Virus record (IMG/VR): IMGVR_UViG_3300033076_000395
Location: 1 to 30,453 of that record
Direction: 5' to 3' (one strand)
DNA: 30,453 bases
Origin: a virus
Taxonomy: Duplodnaviria; Caudoviricetes
How positions within the stretch are numbered: position 1 is the first letter of the stretch; each line of letters begins with the position of its first letter. A program made the translations under genes and the position numbers. The notes under the pieces were generated by a model, which was not told the DNA's origin, made no database searches, and saw only the letters and a program-made list of their open reading frames with translations. This document shows positions 8,529 through 19,300 of this stretch, piece after piece.

Positions 8529-8670
8529 TATCTAAAAGATCTTCTACCCATGCATCATCATGTACTGGGAATGGATCTGTAAGACCGTAAGTTAACATAA
8601 TGGAGGCTGCAGCGAATAGCTCGGCCTCCATTTTCTTTTTATCATTATCGGGTAAGAATGCTAAATGCAT
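8491..8670 (-). CDS. Small hypothetical protein, 59 aa (below the ORF-track cutoff)
   Basis: MHLAFLPDNDKKKMEAELFAAASIMLTYGLTDPFPVHDDAWVEDLLDIIQQYFLIATPT, preceded by TAGGAGG-TCTA-ATG. Confidence 0.55.
   Translation of the reverse strand: MHLAFLPDNDKKKMEAELFAAASIMLTYGLTDPFPVHDDAWVEDLLDIIQQYFLIATPT
8599..8640 (+). terminator. Intrinsic terminator after the sigma-like gene
   Basis: Stem AATGGAGGC/GCCTCCATT followed by TTCTTTTT. Confidence 0.55.
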
Positions 8671-8752
8671 TAGACCTCCTATAATATGTGATAAAATATC
8701 TCTTCTATTGACATAATCTATTACTATTAGATGTAATGTTATAGGAGATGTA

Positions 8753-9319
8753 ATGTCATATTTTAAAACTCAGTTACCAAGTTCAGTTCGTGTAGTTGAA
8801 TATACAGTTAGAGCACTGGAAAAATATTATAGTGTAAAAGCTATACGTTGTGAGGAAGAACCATCAAGAGAAAATCCTCATCCTGTTGATATGGTTCAGC
8901 ATACTGGCAGCGGAAGAATTATTAATTATGAAGTCAAACGCGAGGGAAGAAGTAGACAGACAGGTAATGTCTTCTTTGAAATGAATGGGTTATCTGCAGC
9001 TAAGGCGTGTGGTGCAGAAAGATTATTTATGTGGATTGATGGAGCTTTAACTTATATAGATGTAGACCTTGGAGACTTAATCACTTGGTTACAAACTCAA
9101 GACATCTATTATAAAGCTAATGCTGGAGATGCAAAGAAGCTGGGATATTCTAAGGCTAATCCTGGATGGGCAATTCCAATAAAAGTTTTATTCGAATGTA
9201 CACCAAAGATGGATAAGACTATAGGAGATAAGGACCATCCCTTTGTAAGATCATTTGGAAAGAACTTCTGGCGCGAAGGAGATGATGTTTGGGATGCGGT
9301 TGGTAGAATGATTAGATAA
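8753..9319 (+). CDS. PD-(D/E)XK restriction-endonuclease-like protein
   Basis: PVD...YEVKRE...TGNVFFE fits a D-(x)n-EVK nuclease core with the TGNxFxE extension common in phage members. AGGAG RBS; TTGACA at 8708. Confidence 0.65.
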   Translation: MSYFKTQLPSSVRVVEYTVRALEKYYSVKAIRCEEEPSRENPHPVDMVQHTGSGRIINYEVKREGRSRQTGNVFFEMNGLSAAKACGAERLFMWIDGALTYIDVDLGDLITWLQTQDIYYKANAGDAKKLGYSKANPGWAIPIKVLFECTPKMDKTIGDKDHPFVRSFGKNFWREGDDVWDAVGRMIR

Positions 9320-9359
9320 AAGAAAACCCCAGTAGGTGGCTCTACTGGGGCTTCTTTTT
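9318..9359. terminator. Bidirectional intrinsic terminator
   Basis: 9-bp stem CCCCAGTAG/CTACTGGGG flanked by an A-run and a T-run, between convergent genes. Confidence 0.85.
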
Positions 9360-9488
9360 ATGGAGAATTTAATTAACGAGAACGAGCTTCAAAAGATGGA
9401 CAAACTATTTAACTATTGCTGCTAATGTCAATTGTAGGCACCAACGAAATTGTTAGTGAAAGATCCTACCTCTATATATTACTCGCCT

Positions 9489-9896
9489 CTATCCATTTGG
9501 CCAAGTCTTTTTTATATGTTCATAAAGATTTTTTCCTGGACAAAGTGTTGCCGCAAGATCTCTATGACCTACTACCTTTGCTGAAGGATGTTTGGTTTTC
9601 CATTCTTGAATTTGAACTTCTAGAAATAGTAATTGTAGTTCCGTTGGTATATCTCTTTCAAAATTTCCAGTAAGACAAACAGCTAGAGTTCCTTTATTAT
9701 GTTCTTTGACGGAAGCTGGAACTTCATCTTCAGATCTTCCATCATGTATCTTTCCTTCAGGAGTTATTATTTTGTGGTAGCCAATCTTACTAAAGCCACG
9801 CTTCTTGTGCCACTCAGCTATTTCATCTGGAGTTGTGTCTGGATGAGAAGCTGAATGGTGTATTACAAGATGTGTGATTACCTTTGGCTGACGCAT
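9489..9896 (-). CDS. Endolysin, N-acetylmuramoyl-L-alanine amidase (Amidase_2 / T7-lysozyme-like)
   Basis: Zn-amidase motifs LVIHHSA, WHKKRGFSKIGYH and GHRDLAATLCPG. The likely start is the ATG at 9896 (TAATG overlap with the upstream gene), not 9965. Confidence 0.92.
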   Translation of the reverse strand: MRQPKVITHLVIHHSASHPDTTPDEIAEWHKKRGFSKIGYHKIITPEGKIHDGRSEDEVPASVKEHNKGTLAVCLTGNFERDIPTELQLLFLEVQIQEWKTKHPSAKVVGHRDLAATLCPGKNLYEHIKKTWPNG

Positions 9897-10099
9897 TATA
9901 GGACCTGAAGATGTTGAAGAAGATCTAGGACTATATACAGTGTCGATAGACCAACTGCTGCCCAAGTCTTTACGTCTTTCTTTTTTTCTTTTGGGGCTAG
10001 TTCAACTGCAGCCTGAGCAACTACTGGTGCTACATCTTTAACTACTTCTGCAACCTTGCTGCTATCAACCCTTGATACTTTCTTAGTATGTATTTGCAT
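9896..10099 (-). CDS. Small membrane protein in the lysis cassette
   Basis: 67 aa with one C-terminal hydrophobic helix after KEKKK. Coupled to both neighbours by 1-bp overlaps. Confidence 0.55.
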   Translation of the reverse strand: MQIHTKKVSRVDSSKVAEVVKDVAPVVAQAAVELAPKEKKKDVKTWAAVGLSTLYIVLDLLQHLQVL

Positions 10100-10398
10100 T
10101 ATCCTCTCTCCTTAATTATTTTGATATCAGTTTTAATATCTTCTATATCTTCTTCAACACGCTCTTGTCTTTTTGATAACTGAACGATTGTGCTTTCAAA
10201 AACTTCACGATCCTTTTTATGTTCTGAAAGAATAGCCTCAACATTCTTTTGTTGATTGCTTACATATTCTTTTAAAAGTGGAAAGGCTTGGACTGTAGTA
10301 AATTTATAAATTGCATAAAGAACAAGCATAAGAATAGCTAATGCTCCGAATGGACCAAGTGCAGCAGTGATTAAGGCTTCAATCATTTTAAGTTCCAT
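10099..10398 (-). CDS. Putative holin (N-terminal TM plus coiled coil)
   Basis: Hydrophobic GPFGALAILMLVLYAIY followed by a charged coiled coil, a BhlA/UviB-like layout. Lies upstream of the amidase. Confidence 0.6.
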   Translation of the reverse strand: MELKMIEALITAALGPFGALAILMLVLYAIYKFTTVQAFPLLKEYVSNQQKNVEAILSEHKKDREVFESTIVQLSKRQERVEEDIEDIKTDIKIIKERG

Positions 10399-10582
10399 TC
10401 TCTACCTGAGGATATTCTTCTTCTATAATTAGAGGGAAGGTATCTCCTTCTTCTACATTGTCCCACATTGATGGTGGTATAACCAAATAATAAGCAGAGC
10501 AACCTGTTGCTTCTGCTATAGCCCTTGCTTCTTCTGCTGTAGAGTTAGGAGCAAGTAATGTTTTAACTATAATTGTATTCAT
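10388..10582 (-). CDS. Small acidic hypothetical protein (possible fibre partner)
   Basis: 64 aa, AAGGAG RBS, directly after the glycine-rich fibre gene. Confidence 0.6.
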   Translation of the reverse strand: MNTIIVKTLLAPNSTAEEARAIAEATGCSAYYLVIPPSMWDNVEEGDTFPLIIEEEYPQVENGT

Positions 10583-10592
10583 ACCATCTCCT

Positions 10593-11546
10593 TTAGCTCA
10601 TTACTATTATGCATAATGAACCTTGATTTCCGTTTGTTCCATTTATATTTACACCTGTACCAACGTTGTAAGCACCAGTTCCACCAGTTCCACCAAGGAC
10701 CTGAATAGAGCCTAAGTTTCCAAGAGGTGTCTGAGTGATTACAGTTACCTTTCCTCCACCACCACCTCCGCCACCAGCACATTCACCAGTACCAACTCCA
10801 AGTGATCCAGGTCCACCATTGCCACCGTTTGAAGAGATACGTCCATTATTATTTATATATCTTGCTGCTAGCCATACTATACCTGCACCACCTCCACCAC
10901 CACCAGAGATGAATGTGCCAGAAGTATATGATGTAACGTTAATAGCTCCACCACCACCAGATGAAGAACCATTAAAAGTTCCACCAGACCAACGACCATC
11001 AAACCATCTACCATTCCATTTTTGATTTGGGGTTGGTTGAGCTGATGCACCACCAGCTCCACCTACGTTTCCTCTTAAAGAAACATCACCACCCTTACCA
11101 CCAGTAGGAGCTTGGCCAAGGTTATTAAGTGAAGTATTTGAATTGCCTGTTCCAACATTTCCGTTGCCCCAGTTTACAGCTGTTAATGCCCAGCCGTTTC
11201 CACCTTGAGTTCCTGCTCCACCAAGATAGTTTCTTGTGTTTAGGATTAAGCCACCAGCTTGATTGGTGGAACTATTACCATCATCATTAACTGATGCTCC
11301 AGTTCCAATTGTTAATGTTCCTCTTACATAGATACGAAATCCATTTGGTTTAAAAGTATCTCCAACATTTGCCAATGTTAGATTATTAAAATGCATTTCT
11401 CTACCAGCAGTATATGTTCCAATGATAGTTAGATCTCCATCAGAACCATCACCAAACTGACCAGCAAAAAAGTCTGCAGAAAGAGATGATCCACCACCAG
11501 ATACATCTGGTCCAAATACATCAACGCCACAACTTGCTCCTGCCAT
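10593..11546 (-). CDS. Glycine-rich tail fibre/virion appendage protein
   Basis: 317 aa with FGDGSDGDLTI and repeated GGxGG and GGGGGGAG polyglycine segments. Confidence 0.7.
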   Translation of the reverse strand: MAGASCGVDVFGPDVSGGGSSLSADFFAGQFGDGSDGDLTIIGTYTAGREMHFNNLTLANVGDTFKPNGFRIYVRGTLTIGTGASVNDDGNSSTNQAGGLILNTRNYLGGAGTQGGNGWALTAVNWGNGNVGTGNSNTSLNNLGQAPTGGKGGDVSLRGNVGGAGGASAQPTPNQKWNGRWFDGRWSGGTFNGSSSGGGGAINVTSYTSGTFISGGGGGGAGIVWLAARYINNNGRISSNGGNGGPGSLGVGTGECAGGGGGGGGKVTVITQTPLGNLGSIQVLGGTGGTGAYNVGTGVNINGTNGNQGSLCIIVMS

Positions 11547-11547
11547 A

Positions 11548-11769
11548 TTAGTATCCTCTCATCTCGAAGTCAGAGCCAGAAGCTATTATTTGGCAAGCAG
11601 TATTTAAATCTTCTGGAGTATTTATTGTATACATTCTTCCATAACAATCTATAAATCCAACTCCACCATCGGGCCAAGCTGCATGAATAGCATCTGCTGT
11701 AAGTAACCATGTATCTACATACCATACATTGCCTAATACATATGGTTCTGTTTGAACTATCTGTAACAT
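11548..11769 (-). CDS. Small hypothetical protein (possible fibre partner)
   Basis: 73 aa; GGAGG RBS and TAATG coupling to the upstream gene. Confidence 0.6.
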   Translation of the reverse strand: MLQIVQTEPYVLGNVWYVDTWLLTADAIHAAWPDGGVGFIDCYGRMYTINTPEDLNTACQIIASGSDFEMRGY

Positions 11770-12746
11770 TATACAACCTCCTGTATATAGATATTAAGAG
11801 CCTTTACCTTTACAGAAGTTGTTCCAGTTCCTGTTGAACGTGAGAATGTAAGGAATGCCCATACATCATTATTAGCTGTAGCTAAATATCCACCTGTGTT
11901 AGTATTTGCAGTTGCATCCCAGTTCTGCCAATAAGCAGCAGATGCAGACATAGCATCAGTAGTTCCGTTATAATAAACAAATCTCTGTGTACTTGTTGCC
12001 CAGAAGTTTCTTGAACTTCTAGCAGAATAAGAACATCCCCATTTTGTTGGACCGGGATTTGAAAAACTATTCCAAGGTGCAGTATTTAATGAGAACTGTC
12101 CAATAGTATTTCCAGTATTTCCACCAGCAGGAGTTGAACCTAACCAGTTAAATATATTGTAAGGATAGTTTGTAGCTGTTCCAGTTACTGCTTCTGCTCT
12201 ACATGCTGCTGATTGAAATCGAGTAGGATAAGTTGCAGAGTTATTAAAGTAAGCAGTTCCACCTTGAAGAACACCAGCATTAGCCCAACAATAAGTTCCT
12301 ACCTGTGATGTATAAACTGCACCAGCAACTGTAAACATTGGGTCATATTCTGCCTCAACAACTACCTGCCATTTTTCAAAGTTAACATCTGAAAGAACAT
12401 CTGATGATATTGTTCTAATATCAAATGCTAAAACTGGAGCATGAAGTGTTGACCAATACCATCTACCAAACTGTGAGGTTACGTTGTTTGCTACGTTTGC
12501 TACTAATCTTCCACCAGTAATCTGCATGGAACCACCAGTATTGTTAGCAAGATTTTTCCACTTACCAGTTACAGTTGGAACAGATGAACCAGCAGCAGTT
12601 GTAAAAGTAAAATCTCCATCATTAGAAAATGTCTGTGATGCTTGTGTAGAGAAATCAATGGAAGCAACAAGTTTCTTTTTTCCATCAGAAACTATAGTTG
12701 TTCCACCTCCACCATCACTTGTGCTGAATACATCTGCTATTGGCAT
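11769..12746 (-). CDS. Putative receptor-binding/appendage protein (beta-rich)
   Basis: 325 aa, rich in T/S/N/G and aromatic residues, with a short N-terminal peptide and a Gly linker. Confidence 0.55.
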   Translation of the reverse strand: MPIADVFSTSDGGGGTTIVSDGKKKLVASIDFSTQASQTFSNDGDFTFTTAAGSSVPTVTGKWKNLANNTGGSMQITGGRLVANVANNVTSQFGRWYWSTLHAPVLAFDIRTISSDVLSDVNFEKWQVVVEAEYDPMFTVAGAVYTSQVGTYCWANAGVLQGGTAYFNNSATYPTRFQSAACRAEAVTGTATNYPYNIFNWLGSTPAGGNTGNTIGQFSLNTAPWNSFSNPGPTKWGCSYSARSSRNFWATSTQRFVYYNGTTDAMSASAAYWQNWDATANTNTGGYLATANNDVWAFLTFSRSTGTGTTSVKVKALNIYIQEVV

Positions 12747-13180
12747 TAGTTCTTCTCTAGTGTTAAGTTAACATACTTAAGGTTTGCTGTACCTGCATCT
12801 GTCTTGACTGTTACATAAAGAGTTGGTGTCTCAAGCCAAGCATCAACATCTACTTTATAAACTACACCACCTCTGGTTGCAGTTGTATATCCAGTAGCAA
12901 TGGTTGCTTTTGTATCTGGAACAAGTATTTCATCGGCAGTTGCGTCTGGAGAAACACGTACTGTTAAAGCTGTGCATCCACCAGCAATAGAGTGAACATG
13001 GATGTAGATCGCAGAAACTTTAACACCAAACTTTGCAGCAGTTGGAACTGGAGTACCTGGAGTTCCGCTTGCTGGATTGCTAAGTATATTAATACCTATT
13101 GGTGCTATAAAGGTAGTTGATAGTGCGGTAGTTATTGTTCCTGTAGATACAGGCCAAACTTCTGGTGTAATTCTTGCCAT
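12746..13180 (-). CDS. Small beta-rich virion protein (hypothetical)
   Basis: 144 aa, T/V-rich, GAGGA RBS, first gene of the appendage cluster. Confidence 0.55.
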   Translation of the reverse strand: MARITPEVWPVSTGTITTALSTTFIAPIGINILSNPASGTPGTPVPTAAKFGVKVSAIYIHVHSIAGGCTALTVRVSPDATADEILVPDTKATIATGYTTATRGGVVYKVDVDAWLETPTLYVTVKTDAGTANLKYVNLTLEKN

Positions 13181-13201
13181 AATAAGTTCCTCTAATAATT
13201 G

Positions 13202-13339
13202 CTATTTCTTTTTCTTTCTTGACTTACCAGCTTTTGCTAAAGCTGCAGCTATAGATTGTTTCTGAGAATGACCTTTCTTCATCATCTCAGATATATTTTT
13301 TGAAATTGTTTTTCTTGAACTTCCCTTTTTAAGTGGCAT
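13202..13339 (-). CDS. Small highly basic phage protein, 45 aa (below the ORF-track cutoff)
   Basis: [45 protein letters not shown] with AAGGAG-ATAAT-ATG. Resembles the recurrent phage MPLKKG...ISxNI...QAxAxAL peptides. Confidence 0.85.
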   Translation of the reverse strand: MPLKKGSSRKTISKNISEMMKKGHSQKQSIAAALAKAGKSRKKKK

Positions 13340-13348
13340 ATTATCTCC

Positions 13349-16300
13349 TTATTCTTCTGACATTTTATATCTTTCAATTGGAGTAGGTGACTTGCCAGCT
13401 TTTGCTGCCTGCAATTCTCTACTCAACTGCTTAGCTAATTCTTCTTGAGCAGTTACCCATTCAGGAGAAGACATTGGTGTTTCCAATCCAGCAAGATAAA
13501 GAACCCAACGGCCTTCTTTATTTTTCTTTAATTCAGCATTCTTTGGATCTTTTCCATTAGCAATAGCTGTAGCTGCTGCCCAATCCTTTAATGTTCTTTC
13601 TGCACCAAAGGATGTAAGCAAGAAACTATCAGTTAAGAAAGCAATCTTTCCATCAGTAGAACCAAATGTCCACTGATATCCACCATAAGTAGGCTCTCCT
13701 TTTTTAACTATAACTGCATTACCATTCTTATCTTTGACTGGACGTAGATCATATTTGTTTTTCATATAATCAAATAAACCAGTCTCAGTAGCAGTTACAA
13801 TCATTGCTGATGGGAAATAACCATTTGGCGCACCAGAATATGGAGAAACTAATTCTGCAATTTGTTTTGCATATTCTATATGTGGTTGTTTGGTGGTCAT
13901 TTCATAGACTGCTGAAACTCCAGTAGCAAATAATCTTCCCTTGATACCAGCATCTATTACTGTATAGATACCACCACCAAGTCTAGAATAAGCTTCAAAC
14001 ATTGGATTTGATGGACCATAATAACCAACTTTATATCCATCATAAGTTACATCATCTGTCCATGCCCATAATCTTGTACCACCATATTTAGCAGTATAAG
14101 CATCATGTCTCTTTAGATACTGATCTTCTATTCCCTTTTGTACTATTGCCATCTTAGTCATTGTAGCTGCAGATTGTGGTCTTCCAAGTGCAAGTACAGC
14201 TTCCCAAGTTGATTGTCTCATGAAGGAATAAAATAGAACCCAAGATGAAATTAATTTTCTTTCCCATTCAGAAATCTGAGAATAATCTAGAAGTGTATTC
14301 TTTGCAAGAGTTGCTGCTTCAGCTTCAGTTGTACCTCTAATGAGAGCTTCTTTAAATACTGCTTCGCGGAATACATAGTCTGCTTGTGAACCAACTATAT
14401 TCCAGAAAGAAGAATTTCTTGTGAATGGACCATAGCCTCTACGAACCTGCTCTAAAAAGTTGGCAGAATAACCAGCTTCATTTACTTCAGCTGCTCTCTT
14501 TACATCTTGCAATAGGGCTGTACCAAAGTCAAAGTCATACTGAGACATCTTATAAACATTCGTTCTGAATATTCTACTGATCTCTCCATTTGTAAATATC
14601 TTTCCATTTGCTGATACAACATAGTCTGCTGGCTTTATAAAGTCAGGAACTTTATCTATAGCTTTTCTTCCAAGCGATGTTCCTTTAAACCAATCGGAAA
14701 GCTTTCCAGCATAAGGAAGTGCTATCGTTGTAGCTGCACCTATACCAGCACCAGCCAAGGCACCAGGAATGCCACCTACAACGGCTCCTGTTGTCGCTCC
14801 AGTGCTTGCACCAGCTAATGCCCTACCTACCAGTGGGACTTCCTTAGAAGCCTCTAGGATTGGCTTTACGGTGGCCTTTGGAATATTAAGTGCAACAGTC
14901 ATTACGTAGGTTGGATTTGTTACAGAAGCAATAATTGGAGCAGTAAAGTTATTAACACCAAGGAAGCGAGTATTCATAGACCAAATACCACCAAGCATAC
15001 CACCAATAGTATTTCTTCTGATGGTTCCTGCCATCCATCCTATGCGTGACTTCCAGAAATCAGCAGCATCCTTATTTGCTTTTGTTAAATCTTCAAGGCC
15101 AGCAGCAACGAAACGATTGTTCATTGTAACTTGATTTAAAAACTTATAGCTATCTGGATCTAAGAATAATCTCATTCCATTCAAGTTATCAATCGCTACA
15201 TTGATAGCCTCAAATCCACCAGCAGAAGATTTAAAATCAAATCCAAGGCCAATCATCTTTGCAGTTACATCATTGACAGAAAGCTGAAGAGCATTCTCAA
15301 TCATGCCTTGTCTAAATAATGTAGATGCATTCTCAATTATTCTTGGAGTATAAGCAGAACGTTTAAAGCGGAAGCCAGTTGTAGTTTTATCTACTTGACC
15401 TTTATCAATTATTTGTGCAATAAGACCTCTTCTTTCCAAAACTGCAGATCTTGAAGTAGATAGAGTATCTTCAACAACTAAATCAACTAAAGCCTTTCTA
15501 TTTCCAGTTGCTTCTTTTAGAATATCTGATGTAAATATTTTAACACCATCAGTACCAGCTCCAGATATCCAATCATTAATCTTTCCTAATAGAGCTTCAT
15601 CATATGCTAAAGATCCTTCAGGATCAATTGCTGTCCCAACTCTTCTTCTAACTAATTCTGATATCTCTTCAGTTGGAGCTTTTATTCTTCCCTCAATAAT
15701 TAACTGTGGAAGTCCAGCCCCTCTTAATCCTTTGCCTTCTTTTAGGTTTTGAATAAGTAATGAGTATTCATCAAACTCTTTTAATAAATCATCACCCATA
15801 TATCCAGCAGGATCTGCCATAATTCTTTCTCTAAGTCCCTTATCTAATTCGCCAATATCAGAAGTAGTTCTTTTAATAGCTTCAATTACTCTTCCATCAT
15901 CTGTGAATTTTGCAGGATCAGCTATGATTGCATCAGCTATCTTTTTATATTCTTCTCTGCCCAAACGCTTTGGTGCTTCTTGGACAGCCTTGCCCATCCA
16001 TTCACCAAAGTCAATGGCTGGATAATTTTGAGCTAATATCCTTTGTACTGATGAAACTGTACCATCAATCTTGAATACACCATCATAGTATTTTTGTAGC
16101 TCTTCTGCTATCTGTTCAGAATTAACCAAGCCCTTAGAAATAATAGTATTTGTAACTTTAAAGTAAACTTCTTCTGCTACTTTATCCCAAGCTTTACCAG
16201 TAAATGTTTTTCCAATTACTTCTGATACGGCCTGCATAACAAGCGGATGAATTAATCTATCATAATCTCCAAGACCTTTTGTATCTCTAGTTACAACTTC

Positions 16301-19300
16301 TACTACATCTACTACATCTGCTTCTTCATCTACAACCTCAACTGTTTTCAAGCCAATTGGAGCACCCCATTTTTCTCCAGGCTTTATAGTTTTAGTTATC
16401 ATATCATAATTTCTAGAAGCATTTCCAGCAATCTCAGAAGTTATTCCTGCAGCATCTTTTGCTATAATTGCAGCTTTTGCTGGTTCATATGTATAAACCA
16501 ACTCTGGGTGTTTCATTAAAACTTCTGCAGCAAAGCCTTCAATAATAATATCTTTCTTTGCATCAAGCATTTTTCCAATAAAGATATCTGCTATTGCATC
16601 AGCAGTAATAGTTCTTGCTCCCTTTGTTTGAAGGAATGGATTTGTAGATCTTACTTCACTTATTATTTCTTCAAAGATATCAACAACTTGTGACCTACCA
16701 CCTTGAACTCCACCAATAGCTTCTCCTAAGAAGCCATTCTCATCTATTCCGCCAAGTCTTCTTTCTAATATTTTATAGATTGGACCATCTTTTGATAAGA
16801 ATGTTTCTCCAAGTTTAAAGTTACTTAGATCTGGAAGAGAGAAAAATCTTCTTGTCATATCCCAATACATATCAGCAACAGCGTCTGCTCTTACAAGACC
16901 TGTTTCGCTAACTGGTATTTTAGCTGTAACATATTTATCAACCATATCTGTAAATACATCAGAAGCATTTGCTCCAGTATTAGCTAACTGTAAACGGAAT
17001 TCTGCAATTAATTCTGCGGGAAGATTGTTTACTTGTGCTCCTACTTTTTGTAGGGCATTATATATTGGAAGAGAAATACCTTCTGTAGTTATAGCTTTTG
17101 ATGGAATTAACCCAGCTACTTTACTAGTATATTTATAAATAGCTTTACCAATTGTAGTTGAAGCAACTCCCTTCATCACACCTTCAAACTTTGGAAGCTG
17201 ACGAAGTGCCATTCCAGTAGCTCTAGTTACATCCTCTACAGCTCTAACACCTTCAAGTCTTCTAACTACAGGTACTGCTGCTTTTTCTGTAAGCTTAGAT
17301 GTAGCTCTTGGATTTAATACATCAGAGCCTTTTAGTACTTCTCTAACTATAGATGAACGAATAACATCATTTACAGCGTTAAATTCTTCTACAGTTATCT
17401 TTTCACCAGAACTTATTTTGGTGGCAATATCTGACCAATACTTTTGACTTGATACTTTTGGACCAAGTTCTTTTGAAAGTCTTTCTATTATTGGATCAAT
17501 CTGTTCTTCTTTAATTATTACAGTTTCACCATCAATCATTTCTGCTGCAATCTTTTGTATATCACTATCTTTAGATGTACCAAAGATAATGCTTTTTACA
17601 AGATCATCTACTTCTTTGCCAGATTTCTCCCAAGCAGAGTTCTTTACAATCATAGTTGGAGTTACAAACAACCAATCATTATAATTTGATTTAGCTAATT
17701 CAGCAGCTATTCTATCAGAAACTATTAAGTCTCCAACGCCAGATTTAATTTTTGAAATAATACTATTCTCTGCATCAACAGTCCATTCAGCAAGACCACG
17801 TAGATCTCCAAGAAAGTTTGCAAGATCTGATGAACCAACTGTTCCATAAGTTGAAAGCTTTGAGATAGATTTGGCTTGTCTTAATGCATCATAATAAGGT
17901 TCTAACTCTAATGCTGTGCTTCCACTTTTCTCTGCAGTCTTAATTGCATCATCTATAATTTTAACTGATGAGTTTGCTACAACTCTTGATATATAATTTG
18001 CATAGGGAGATGCTGATATTTTTTCAGAATTTTGAAGTATCTGATCCAAACTAGAAGCAACTTCATCAATAGTTTTATCTGCTACTTCTACTTCTTTTAC
18101 TATAGAAGCAAATGCTTCAGGTAATTTTCCACCAGAACGAACTGCATCTGCAACAGCTGGCGCAATTGTTCTAGCCGCTAATTCAGTTACAGGCTCAGTT
18201 GAAAATATTTTTGAATAAGACATTGGCTCAGCACCAAATGCTTTAGCAATATCTCTTGCTTTTGAAATCTCTATTGATCTTCTTGCAAGTGGTCCAGCAG
18301 TTTTTGTGAATGGATTTTCAATTATATCACCAGCAATAGCTACATAAGCAGCAGTCTCTGCATTACCTAATCTTGCTAAGGTTGGAGCAAGACCCCATGT
18401 TTTACCAAATGCAGATGTTCCTTTTAAAGCTCCACCAACTGCAGTTGTTGGCAATACAGGAAGGGCAACCTCTACACCAAGACCAAACATAAATGGCCAT
18501 AGAGATCCTTTTCCACCGCCCATGCTTTCAGGAACTACATTCTCATAAAAGTATTTTGTGGCAGGAAGATCTGAAAAATCATCTCCAACTGATCTACCAA
18601 CAGCCATAGCATATGCTACATCTGATAAGTAATTTCCAGAAGTTAACTCATCTTTGCCAGTTACACCAGAACCAACTTGTCTAGCGGATGTAGCCAAAGG
18701 TCCAGTTCCAAGAGTTCCAATTGTTCCAAGAAACTGTGCGGCTGCAATACCAGCATCAGATTTTCCAGTTAACTTTGTAATTCCTTCTACTTCAGAAGAA
18801 TATAAATTGTGAAGTTTATAATTCCAGTCAGTTGGATCTACTGGAGTTCCATCAGGATTAACATCATAAGTTGCTGCAGCTATTACTGGATCTGTAAGAA
18901 ATCTTATTAATCCACCAACATCACGAAGAGCTGCGCCAGTCTTTGTTTCATAAAGCTGACCTTCTTCTGATTTTGTTTTTGTAGCCTCTTCAAGAAGTTC
19001 CTTTGCTCCAGTTGTTAATGTACGTGGAGAAGTTCTTTCTTTGTAAATTTCTGGTGCAGCTTCTTCAAGCCAAAGCTCTCCAATCTGAGTTGCATAATCC
19101 TTTAGTCTTTTATATTCAGGACTTCCTTCAGCAACTTCTGCACCTTTTGCTCGCTCTCCATTTATTAAGAGCGTCATAGTCTTTGTGACTATATTTGCTT
19201 CCTGATCGTAAACTCTTTTTCTGAAACGATCTTCTTTCCATTTAGCTACTTTCTCAGGATCAATTCCACCAGCAACTGGGTCCTTCATTGAAACCCAAAA

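Noticed and set aside
9360-9425. 21-aa plus-strand ORF MENLINENELQKMDKLFNYCC
   Set aside because: It starts immediately after the terminator T-run and has no RBS.
14080-14545. Virion RNA polymerase motifs (YDFDFG, RHDAY) in the 2290-aa protein
   Set aside because: YDFDFG is not a DxDxD/DFDGD motif, and HDA lacks the accompanying T7-type motifs A and B in the right order.
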